Below are positions 15,568 through 27,310 of a DNA stretch of 64,000 nucleotides, piece after piece (position 1 is the first letter of the stretch; each line of letters starts with the position of its first letter). The position numbers and the translations under genes were made by a program. Source of the DNA: the human T2T-CHM13v2.0 reference genome, Homo sapiens; the NCBI RefSeq assembly GCF_009914755.1, contig NC_060928.1; one strand, given 5' to 3'. The notes under the pieces were generated by a model that was given only the letters and a program-made list of their open reading frames with translations, made no database searches and had not been told where the DNA came from.

Positions 15568-15989
15568 ATAACGCACACAGACATACAGCAGGTAACACCC
15601 ACCCCCAGGCAGCTCCTGAAGTTGCCGGGTTCTGATCTCCGCGACTACGAGCCACCGGTGAGAGAGCAGCCCACGGGCACACAGGCAGACCTGTCCTCGA
15701 CATCACAAGGGCGCCACTTTTGGGGAGACTCACCCGCACACCGTCCGCGCAAGCCTGAGGCTGGGATCCCGCGCTGCGTCCCCGGCGATCTGTCTCAGGT
15801 TTCTTCCTCCTGGCGTTTCTTCCTGCTGGTGGAGCCTCCGCGCATCCCGGCCTCCGGAGACCGTCCTGGTAACTGCCCTGGCCAGGACTGGTCTCAGCCC
15901 CGACTCTGACGCACGATCACACAGGGCTCCTACTTCGCCAAGTCTCAGGGACCCATCCCCGGGCAACGGTGGCGGTCACTGTGACCAAA

Positions 15990-16180
15990 GCCGGGGGCTG
16001 GGGCCTCGCGCATGCGCACTGGCGAGGCCGACTCACCCGCCGCACCCCCCTTACTCGGCAGAGTCAGGCTGCGGACCCTTTAAAAAATGGCGGCGACATG
16101 GCGGCTGCGGGGACTGGGGCGGCGGTGACGGAGGTTGCGGCGGTGGCGGCTGCGGCGCAGCCCCAGGCGGCGGGTGGGAA
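15990..16180. promoter_or_regulatory. CpG-island promoter-like core in the macrosatellite unit
   Basis: NRF1 consensus cgcgcatgcgca 16007-16018; YY1 motifs aaaatggcggc 16084-16094 and acatggcggc 16096-16105; GGC-rich tract; very CpG dense. Confidence 0.6.
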
Positions 16181-19146
16181 GAGGACTACCAGAGGGGCCT
16201 GCGGGAGACCCAGGGTCGGACCCGTAGGAGTCCTGTCGTCAGGACCTCCTTGATCGTTCTTCTGCTTCGGTTCCCGGGGAAGGAGGAGCTTCGGGGTGCT
16301 GGCTGGGCTGCGCGGACTCCTCTTGGGATCCGATGATGGATCCCACCGGGCGATCGGCAATGGGGTCATAATGCAGTGAGGCGGAAAGGGTCTCGCCGGG
16401 GCACAGAAAGATCCCCAGGGCCGCAAGGCGTGTGGTCGGCTGCAAAGGCACTGACCCATGAGCCCACTGCCTCCCTCCTTCCTGGGTGGAGCAGGGGCCT
16501 GCCTTCATCTCCAAGGCCCGGGGGCTCCGGCATCCCGACGCGGCTTCTGGCGACACCGGCAAAGACAGACAGAGGCGAGTCCGAGCTGGAGCCCGTGTGA
16601 CCACACGTGGCACTGACGTCCCCCAAGAGCACAGGCAGTGAGCGTGTGTCTTTGAGGCCATAGGGGGCGACGACGAGACGGACAGGGATTTCCAGGCGTG
16701 CGCCCGGGGGCCACTGGAGACCTGCCCCACAAAGCGGAGGAAAAGCCAAGCGCTCCTGAAAACCTGCGAGGCAGGGCCTGTGCGCGAGTCCAGGCCACAT
16801 TCAGGGAGGCCCGCCAGAGGAGCCCAGAGCTTTGGACAAGGTACACCCCACCCCTACGCCGCCACCGCCTAGGTACCCCTGACGCAACCTCCCCTGCACC
16901 CAGCCAAAACCCAGTCCCGTTGGCTCCCTGACATCCGTAGCAGCCAAAAGATTCACTGCTAGAAGGCACTTTCCCCAGGAGCGGAGGAACCGGTTGGCTC
17001 TCAAGGATCAGACAGGAAGTGCAGGTGGGATGCAACACCGCCTTTCCTAGAAGGCCAATGTCGGGAACGGTGGGCTTGCCTCCCCCTCTTCCTGGACCAA
17101 GCGCGCAGCCATCACTTGGGCCATGGAGACCAAGAGAGCTTCCCTGTCCCACACAGGTATGGAAGCCCAGAGCTCCAGGATCACCACACCTGCCCAATCA
17201 TCCAGAAAGAGGTGTGGAGAGGGAAACGATCATGACACGGACCCCCACGAGGTTTCTCCCTGATGGACTGGGAAGTCTTCTTTGTTGGAGACATTGAGCC
17301 AGACTAAGAAGCCGCCAGGCTTCTCAGAGACGGGGCAGACACAGCAAGAGGGAGGACAGAGCAGAGGCCAGAGCCCAGGCAGGATACGGGGCCATGCCAC
17401 CACCACGGGCATCCGGGGAGGAGTGTCAAACGGGTGACTCAGCCACGAACGCCAGCATTTGAGTGACAGAGATGCTTGCCCCATCCCCTTGCCGGCTTCC
17501 TTCTCCGTCCCTGCGTCGAGCTGTGGCAAGATTTCTCGATGAGGGCAGAGGGCGAGAGGCGTGAGAACCATCTACTTAAAGGTCTGCGGGCACCCTCCTG
17601 CGGCTGGACAATGAGCGCCTGGGAGGCCGTTGTCCTGGGTTGGGGAGCAGTCGTCTGGATCTAGCCTAGCAAAGAGGCTGTTTCGGATGGGGAGGGGATG
17701 AAAACCCCTGCGGCTCCGACGCAGATGCCCACATTGCCCAGGCCTTCACAGACCCCCAAACCAGAATCGCCAGGAAAACGACTGCCAACCGGCCACACGA
17801 CCCAGGCAGAGACGCGGGGAGAGGCTGACCAGAAGAAAGGCCGACGTGCAAGAAGCCCACCCTCTGGCGCACAGGGCACATGTGTCCCAAGGCACACGCA
17901 CACACAGACGGACAGAGAGAGAAAGAGAGGTCGACGGAAAGAGCGAGAAGGGAGAGAGAGAGAGACGTAAGAGAGAGACAGAAGTGGGCACACAGACATG
18001 CACACGTGCACACACACACAGACACACGCACACACACCCCCATAACGCACACAGACATACAGTAGGTAACACCCACCCCCAGGCAGGCCCTGAAGTTGCC
18101 GGGTTCTGCTCTCCGCGACTACGAGCCACCGGTGAGAGAGCAGCCCACGGGCACACAGGCAGACCTGTCCTTGACATCACAAGGGCACCATTTTTGGAGA
18201 GACTCACCTGCACACCCTCAGCGCACACCTGAGGCTGGGATCCCGTGCTGCCTCCCCGGCGATCTGTCTGAGGTGTTTTCCTCCAGGGGTTTCTTCCTGC
18301 TGGTGGACCCTCCACAAATCCTGGCCTCCGGAGACCGTTCTGGTAACTGCCCTGGCCAGGACTGGTCTCAGCCCCAACTCTTAAATATAAGACCTGAAAT
18401 GACAAAAAATCTAGAAAAAAATCTAGGAACAGCTCTTCAGGACATTGACGTAGGCAGAAAATTGCTGACTAAAACTGCAAAAGCAAATGCAGCAAAAACA
18501 AAAATAGACAAATGGGACTTAATTAGACTAAAAAGCTTCTGTACAACCAAATAAATAATCAACAGCATAAATAGATAAATTACATCTATGGTAGAAAGTA
18601 TTTTCAAACTCTACATCTGATAAAGGACCAATATGCAGAATCTAAAAGAACTCAAACAACTAAAGAAGAAAAACTGTAAGTTTACTCAAAAGTGGGCAAT
18701 GGACATGAACAGACACTTTTCATAAGAAGACATTCAGGTGACAATAAGAAAAAAAATGATTAACATCACTAATCAAGAGGAAAATGCAAATTAAAGCCAC
18801 AATAAGATGCGATCTCATACCAGTCAAAATGGGTATTAGAAAGTCAAAAAAACTACAGATGTTGCTGAGTATGTGGAGCAAAGGAAATACTTTTTCACTG
18901 TGAGTGGGAATGTAAATTAGTATAAACTGTAAAGAAAACAATATGGAGATTTCTCAAAGGGCTAAAAATAGAAATACCATTTCATCCAACAATCCCATTA
19001 GTGTGTATCTACCCACAGGAAAGCAAATCATTACATAAAAAAGACACCTGCACCTGTATGTTTATCACAGTACTATTCATGGTAGCAAAGTCATGGAATC
19101 AACCTAAGTGTCCATTAATGGATGACTGAATAAAGAAAATATGTTA

Positions 19147-19154
19147 CATATATA

Positions 19155-19186
<32 letters not shown>

Positions 19187-19245
19187 ATATAAAAATATAT
19201 ATTTATTTTTATATATTTATATATAATATAAAATATATACTTATA
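19147..19245. repeat. (TG)n/(TA)n-rich tract in the L1 3'UTR
   Basis: 'atatatatgtgtgtgtg...tatatatataatataaaa'. Confidence 0.9.
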
Positions 19246-19379
19246 TTTTTTCTGTGGAATACTATTCACCTGTAAAAAAGAATGAAATCATGTTTCTTGC
19301 AGCAACATTGATAGAACCGGTGGCCATTATCCTAAATAAAATAAGTTAGAAGATGAAAAACAAATACTGCATGTCCTCA

Positions 19380-19808
<429 letters not shown>

Positions 19809-19930
19809 TTACTGGGTCCAATGTACACTGTTCAGGTAATAGGTACACCAAAAGCCCAGACTTCACTACTAAGCAATATATCTATGTAAGAAAGCTGCAC
19901 TTTTACCCCCTAAAAGTATAAAAATGAAAA

Positions 19931-21200
19931 AAGTGTATTTTGTAATTTCTAAATATCTGCGCTTTTCCGATGCTGTCTACTATGGATTTATAGCTTCATT
20001 ATAATGAATATGATTAGAAATCTCACTGTGTATATTCATGTTTTGAAATTTATTGAGAAATGCAGGTTATTTACTGTGAATTTTGTTTGTAAATATTATG
20101 TAATTAGATTTTACCTTTTAATTCAGAATAATAATCCTCACTCTTTAATCTTTAATTGCTTTTTATTTTAATTACAGATATAGGTACATTAAATTTATCT
20201 TGCATTTTTTCCATATTTTTATCTGATCTAGCTCGTCTATGTCTTGCCTTTCTTGTATTCATTTACATAAGTTTTTAATCAGCAATATTTTTCCTATTCT
20301 GATTCAAAAAATAAATGTTTATTTTTTAGTATTTACCCTTGAAACTACAACAAACTTTAAAATTATAATTATCTGAAGTTAATTTTTATTTGTACTATTC
20401 TTCAGAATAATCCAGGTGTTTTACAATTCCACATATGTGATTGTTGATTTATATCTTAATTGTATTTTGTATTTTATTTTGTACCTACAAGATATCATTA
20501 TTTAATTTTTTATAATTGATCATCATATATATTAGTACATCTTCTTACCATTTTTATACTTGTCAGTTTTTCAATTTCTTTATAAGGTTTATATACATTA
20601 AAATTTGCTAATACTTCAATGCAAACTTTCAAATTAATACAGTTTTCATTCACTTTTTGAGTATTATAAAACTGAGAACATTGACTTCACTCGGCAAATT
20701 TTACTTATTCTTCAGTTGCACATTTCATCTATCCGTCTCTTTCTCTCTCTTCTGGAACACCAAGCATGCAGGAGTATTAATTTGAATGTCTATTCTTCAT
20801 AAACGTAAGTGTTTTTTTCCCTATTTTTCATCTCTGTCACTTATTAGCTGTCTATGCATATATGTATTTAGATATTTTTGTTTCTATCTAGACATTATCA
20901 CTTTGTTTTACCAGTTTACAAATTCATGGGTATTTTTTTTTCAACAAAGAATTCATATGAATCGATTTTATTTTTTACAAAAGCAAACTTTTTAAATAAA
21001 TAATTTTTAACTTAAGTAGCTAAAATATCCTATTGTTTCTCTTTCCTTATGTTAATTATATTTATTCTATAATTTTATTTTTCATCTATTTTTATAACTT
21101 TGTTCTTTCCAGTGTTAGTTATTTGCTTCATCACACTAGGCTGTTCTATTTTGTCTTGTTGGTTTTATGTTGCTGGTTTTTTCAAGGATTTGTTTCCTAT
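19931..21200 (-). mobile_element. Ancient L1ME-type element, part 2 (resumes after the inserted L1)
   Basis: 'aagtgtattttgtaatttctaaatatctgcgcttttcc' continues the antisense L1 phrase interrupted at ~14500; 'ttttgaaatttattgaga'. Confidence 0.6.
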
Positions 21201-21774
21201 TCTGTCACTCCAATTATTGATCATTGAAGGGACTATCCATTCTGAAAAACTTTGCAGAAAAACAAAAATGAAAGACGAATAGTTTAGGGCAAATGTCAGT
21301 GCATTTGGAAGCTATCTGTCATAGTTTTAGCATAAATTGTGGCCATTATTTTCATATCTTTGTGAGCCTCTCCCTAACATTGATTTCCCCACCAAATCAG
21401 GAAAGATAAGCTGAATAAACTTCATTTCAGAATTTTTGTACAAACTTTTATTCTTTAGCAAATTCGATCATTTATAATATGAGTTTAAAACTAGTAACAT
21501 TTTTTTCTCTCTCTTTTCTTTCTCTTATGTCCTATTGGTCAGTCTATATCTATTTAACTATCTATGCATCTACATATAAATATGTATAGTTTCTAATGTT
21601 GAAATCATAAAGATTATTGTTACTTTTGAAAGTATTTTCTAAGATTTGAGAATAAGGCAATGTTCACTTACCTTGCAAAGGTATATTTTGTATGTATTAT
21701 CATTTATCGCTCATTTTACTATAACGATTATTTTTACTATTTATTCATTTTATGCTCTACCTTTTAATTCATTT

Positions 21775-22030
21775 ATTTATTTTAATTTAAGAAATTCAAT
21801 AGTTTTAGGAATAACAGTGGTTTGGGGTTACATGGAATAACTGTACATTGATGGAGTCTGGAATTTTAGTGTACCCATCACCCAAATGGTATACATAGAA
21901 CCAAGAAGGTAATTTTTCATCCCTCAACCTCTTCCCACCCTCCCCACATCTGAGTCTCCAATGTTCATTTTATCACTCTGTATGCCTTTGCATACTCATA
22001 GATTATCTTCCATTTATAATTGAGAACACA
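21775..22030 (-). mobile_element. L1PB/L1MA 3'-end fragment
   Basis: 'gtggtttggggttacatgga..ttttagtgtacccatcacccaa..ctgagtctccaatgttcatt..ataattgagaaca'. Confidence 0.88.
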
Positions 22031-22204
22031 TGCAGACCATAGTAATTTGTTTTCATATATATCTAGAAGACAGGGCTTAAAGCACCTGTATTTTTAACAC
22101 CTGGAACAGCCTAATACAAAATACTTTTTGAACTAATCATCCTGTATGCACAGACATTGCTCTTTCTTGCATCCACTGCTATTTCTGTAACCCTCTTGCT
22201 ATCA

Positions 22205-22310
22205 GACATTAAATAAGTTAACTAAGCTCTGAACCTTAATTTTTTCATCAATAAGATGGTGATGACAATACATACCCAATTCACTTATTTGAATGTTAAG
22301 CAGATAACAT
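22205..22310 (+). mobile_element. MIR fragment
   Basis: 'aagttaactaagctctgaaccttaattttttcatcaataagatggtgatgacaata' resembles the MIR core. Confidence 0.6.
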
Positions 22311-23741
22311 TTGCAAAAGAGCATAATAAATGACATAATATAAACATTGGTAAGACATCTTTGTTGTAACAGAAAGAGTGCTGGTAGCAACCTAAGAAGT
22401 ATTTTTAATTATTTGACAAACATATGCATGTGTACACATATATAGATAACATGTGTAAGTCCAGTATGTGTATATGTATACTAAAACATGTAACTATATA
22501 ATGGGTGTATGATTAGTACTAGAGTCGGCACTATTTATATTATCTTAAAAATTAATTTACACTCTACTTCAAAAATGAGTTAAAATATAGAGAAAATTAT
22601 AGATAAACTGAATCAGAAATTATATTAGTTTAATTAAGAGTAGCTTTTTCAAAAAATACTCAGTGTATGCTACTAGAATATATAGATATATTCTGCCTGG
22701 AGTTTACTAAAGATGGGTCAAAACAGATTGAATTGACTGACATTTTGAGTCCTATAACTTGTGTGAAAATTTTCCTCAGAATTATATTTTATATTGTATG
22801 TCTATGTAAACTTTATTTTCAGATTTTTACTTTTAATATATAATTTATTTAATATTTCTTTAATTTATAAAGCTACCTGAGACTACAGTTAAAAATATCA
22901 GTGAGAAAATTAATTTTTTAAATTTCCAATACATTTACCAATATGACATTATATTAGAAGCTCATCACTATCTTTTTCTTTTTAAGCAGTAGTATTTAAC
23001 AAAATAAAATGTTAGGCTGTGTATTTTAGAAAATAAAATCAATTAAAGTAAACCATTAATTAAATTCAGTAGATGTGAAATTAGAAATAATAATATGAAG
23101 TATTCAGGTATTGCATGCCCATAGCAGTAATTTGATCTCTTATGAAATTAAATTTATTTAACCAAAAGACCATAGTTAACCATACCACATGATGAAATCA
23201 AGAATGAAATTCTAGGCTATTAATAATGAAATGCATGCAATTAAATTTTATTGATTACTGTTATGAAGTTTCAAATTAAACTATTAACCTTTCTTTTATT
23301 CATGCCTAATGCATTACTTCAATTATATAAAACAAAACACATTATTGATATTATATTTTGAAATGTATTGCCTGTATGTAGGAAAAGGATTGAACAATTA
23401 CATTTTAAAACTACTATATAATAATTATTTGTATAATATCTCTAGGAACACGTAGCAGTGTATCACAAACTGTGGTGGAATTATGATCTCAAAACAAGGA
23501 TATTCATTAGAGGGAAATTAAATAGTTGAATGTCGAAAGAAGCAAGAGAAACTCTGTTGAAATGTGCAATATCTACAATGTAGAAAAATTTAAGAAACAC
23601 TTAATCTCCCTTATATGTATGGAAGATGCTGCTACTCAACTGTGGTTTGATGTAATGAAAGGACTTGACCTCACAAGCATCACCTGGTAGAAGTAGTAAG
23701 ACTAGACACAGTAAGAGAGTAATACTATCTTAGTCAAGAAC

Positions 23742-24218
23742 TGTAAAAACTCTGAAATTTTATCCTAATTATAAGCTACCTGCTAGCCTGCCACCATTTT
23801 ATAAATGCCGAAAGAAGACACAAGATTTCCGAATCAGAGACAAAGGACTTTATAACTCACAAATCAGCAGACAGTACATGTTTTAGGGTTTCACTGGCTC
23901 CCCTTCACTCTGAAGATTATCCAGGATTATGCAGAGTGGCCCAGGTAGATGCTGGACACACAGTAGGTTTGTGTCTCTGCTGAAGAATCTCTTATAAAGA
24001 GGTTGCTAGTGCTCTTTTTGCCTTATACAAAGCCATTATCTTCATTATCCTGATCAGAAAACACAGCTTCCTCTTGCCCTGATATAAGACACTCTTGCTG
24101 TCTTCCAAGATTGTTTGCTATACAAACATTCTTAAAAAGATTGTCCGGACCTAAGGCTGTTTATTCCTTAGTGGACATGAAGAAATGCAAAATACCCACG
24201 GAGAATTATCTCCCAAGA
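23742..24218 (-). mobile_element. ERV solo LTR (family uncertain, LTR47/MER72-like)
   Basis: Minus strand starts '..ttgggagataattctccgtggg'; plus side 'gctagcctgccacc..agaagacacaag..cagagacaaaggactttat' typical of this LTR group. Confidence 0.6.
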
Positions 24219-24326
24219 GCATCCAAGAGCAGGCTGCTCATCAATATATCAAAAGGATGTTTAAATTTCTTCAAGATTTACTAACAGTTTGAAAAAAATA
24301 ATAAAACAAGTATACTTATCTTTTGT

Positions 24327-24379
24327 TTTTATTTTTCAAAAATTATGTTTTATTTTTCAAAAATTATGTTTTATTTTTC
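24327..24379 (+). repeat. 21-bp tandem repeat, ~2.5 copies
   Basis: ttttatttttcaaaaattatg repeated. Confidence 0.9.
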
Positions 24380-24509
24380 TTTCATGTGCTAAAATATTTC
24401 CTAAAAGAGCAACCTATACTAAAAACAACAAATAGCCATAATTCTATTTGTATTTAGTATTTACATTGTGCCTGTAGTTTTTTTATCTTTTGCAGATCAC
24501 AGAATATTT

Positions 24510-25030
24510 TTAAAATTAATACATTTTAATTTTAGAGCAGTTTCATGTTCACAGCAAAATTGAGCAATAAGTACAGAGAGTTCCCATACACCCTCAGACC
24601 TAACACACACACAAAACCTTCCCCATTATCAATGTCCCCAACAAGAGGGGTACATTTGTTACAATCTGTGACCCAACATTGACACTTTATTGTCAACCAA
24701 AATCCATAGATTACTACAGGGTCCACTTTTGTATATTCTATGGATTTTGACAATGTATCATGACATGTATCTACCAAGATATCATAATACAGAATAGTTT
24801 CACTGTCAAGCACTCATCTTTTTACTATCTCCATGGTTTTGTCTTTCAGATTGTCATATAGTTGTAATAACATAGGGTGTAGCCTTTTCAGTTTGGTTTC
24901 TTTCAATTAGTAATAGGCATTTACAGTTCCTCTATATATTTTCATGGCTTGTTAGCTCATTTATTTTTAGGGCTGAATAATATTCAGTCCTATGAATGTA
25001 CCAAAGTCGTCGTATGTATTCATTATCGAA
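24510..25030 (-). mobile_element. L1MC/MD 3'UTR fragment
   Basis: 'ttttagagcagtttcatgttcacagcaaaattgagc..gtacagagagttcccata', 'ggtacatttgttacaat'. Confidence 0.85.
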
Positions 25031-25205
25031 AGACAAAACATTTATATACATGTTTGTGTATTTTAGAGAGTCATAGACACAAAATGTATTTCACGCTATC
25101 GTTTTTGTAACCACTAACTTCTATCAGTTATTTGAAATAATTTATTCATTAACAGAAGGGAAAAATGAAGAGAATAAAATAATCAAGTCAAAAATAAAGG
25201 CTGGA

Positions 25206-25515
<310 letters not shown>

Positions 25516-25977
25516 AAAAATAAAGGCTGGAATGAACCCCTTTTGAAAGCAGGGTTTTTACTCGGTTTTTCATTGTTACATCCCACATGCTACAACAGCA
25601 TCTGAGACATTTTAGGTTCATGCATGCATGCATTTTAGTGAATTGAATTTATTTTCTTAGAATAAAAGAAAGGTATAAGATTAAAATATACAAGTTTCAA
25701 TGGGACTATGGGAAGCAATGAAGACCTTTTTTCTTTTTTTTTTTTTGAATGACCTTGTCTGGATATATCCTAAAAAAAAATTCATAATGTTGAGGGAAAA
25801 TAAATAAATATTAAAAGCTTTCAAAAAAATTAAAAACCATGTACCACAGAAAAATAAAAAATGCATTAGCACCAGATATTGTGTCTCAGTGAATAAAATT
25901 TCCGTCTAAGTATATATTAAGCATTTGTGAAACTGATCACATCGCAAGTGACAAAAATTGCAATAAATTTGATAAAG

Positions 25978-26270
25978 TAGTGTCTCACACCTGTAATCCC
26001 ATCACTTTGGGAGGCCAAGGCGGGCAGATCACTTGAGGTCAGGAGTTTAAAACCAGCCTGGTCAACATGGTGAAGTCTTGTTTCTACCAAAAAAATACAA
26101 AAATTAGCTGGGTGTGGTGGTGCATGCCTGTAGTCCCAGCTAGTTGGGCAGCTGATGTGGGAGAATTGCTTGAACTTGGGAGGCAGAGGCTACAAGTAAG
26201 CTGAGAGCACACCACTGCACTCCAGCCTGGGCCACAGAGTGAGATCCTGTCTTAAAAAAAAAAAAAAAAA
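25978..26270 (+). mobile_element. Old Alu (AluSz/Jb-like)
   Basis: Dimer with poly-A; TSD-like ttgataaag. Confidence 0.93.
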
Positions 26271-27019
26271 GTTGATAAAGACAGATTATCTGACTTTATT
26301 TAAAAATATATACCTGACACATATGCTAAGCATCATTTCTACCTGACAGATAATTAATAAATAAAAATGTATATATTGCCTTTATCTCATATCTTTCATA
26401 GTTGGTTTCTTAAGAAAAATATTCCAAAATTTAAAATTTTATTTTTATTTAAATCATAAAACAGACATTCATTTGCATTCTCTTAATAAACAGCCAAGAC
26501 ATTTCCTTTCAATACAGATGTGCTGAACAGTGCCACATCATCTTACTTCCATCAACAAAACCCATGGAGTTTTACCATTGATTTCTAGCTACAGCTATCA
26601 TAGGGTGCAACTAGTCACTAATGATACACTTGAAATAATCTTAAGGTAAACATTTAAAAAAATAGATTTTTAACTTACATCTTTTATTCATATTCTAACA
26701 TTTCGCTGCATCCATTTTACCAAGTTAACCTTCTTGTTTCCAAACTTTTTAATTATCTTTATCACAGGAACAGTAACTCTTAGTTTTTATATTCATGCAA
26801 CTCATTGTCTATTGTCCAGCTATTCTCCAGCTTCCTGGGATCAGATACAATGGCAGCTTAGTTCAGTGCTCTATATCCAGTGATTAGCAAAATTATCTTA
26901 CATAATTAATTCCAAAAATATGTGTTGAATAAATTAATTAGTAAATGTATATATGGCACAAACAGAACTAGGTTAGAAAAAACCCACCAAACTATTTCTT
27001 AAAGAAGAAATAGAACTGA

Positions 27020-27310
27020 GATTAGTAGAGTTCACAGGAATTTGGAAAGGATCATGAAGCTGTGTAATGCTGTTTAAGAAATGAGGACTCAGAGTCTCAC
27101 TGATTATATTTGAATTTAGGAACTTCCACCATACTAGAGTTATCTTTTGCAAGCACTCTAACCACATTAGACCCCATTTTCTAATCTATACAGTGGGAAT
27201 AGTAATAATAGCTAACACATTGATGTATCTTTTTGGATTAACTGAATGGATTCACTTAAAGGACTAAGTCATGTCTAATGCAGAGTTAAGCACTAAAAAT
27301 GTTCGCTATT
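27020..27310. mobile_element. MIR fragments in both orientations
   Basis: 'gaaatgaggactcagag' (minus) and 'ccattttctaatctatacagtgggaatagtaataatagcta' (plus). Confidence 0.55.

Larger units (their letters stand above)
14976..18381. repeat. GC/CpG-rich macrosatellite block, ~1.37 tandem units of 2482 bp; SST1 (MER22) 2.5-kb type
   Basis: 14976-15907 is repeated at 17458-18381 (offset 2482, also seen in ORF pairs 15179/17661 and 15216/17698); one SstI/SacI site GAGCTC found in the unit (17170-17175); 'gaagtcttctttgttggagacattgagccagactaagaagccgccaggcttc' matches recalled SST1/NBL2. Confidence 0.85.

Noticed and set aside
14976-18381. Reading the ~925-bp direct repeats as the two LTRs of a provirus or an SVA-like element
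   Set aside because: No TG..CA termini, primer-binding site, polypurine tract or TSD at the repeat ends, and no SVA hexamer/VNTR; one tandem unit plus a partial explains it.
14639-18554. Dense cluster of overlapping 100-230 aa ORFs on both strands (e.g. 15179..15739, 16505..17197, 17746..18405)
   Set aside because: Expected from high GC content with few stop codons; translations are low-complexity (VCVCV, THTHT, RERER from microsatellites), frames differ between the two copies, and no domain is recognisable.
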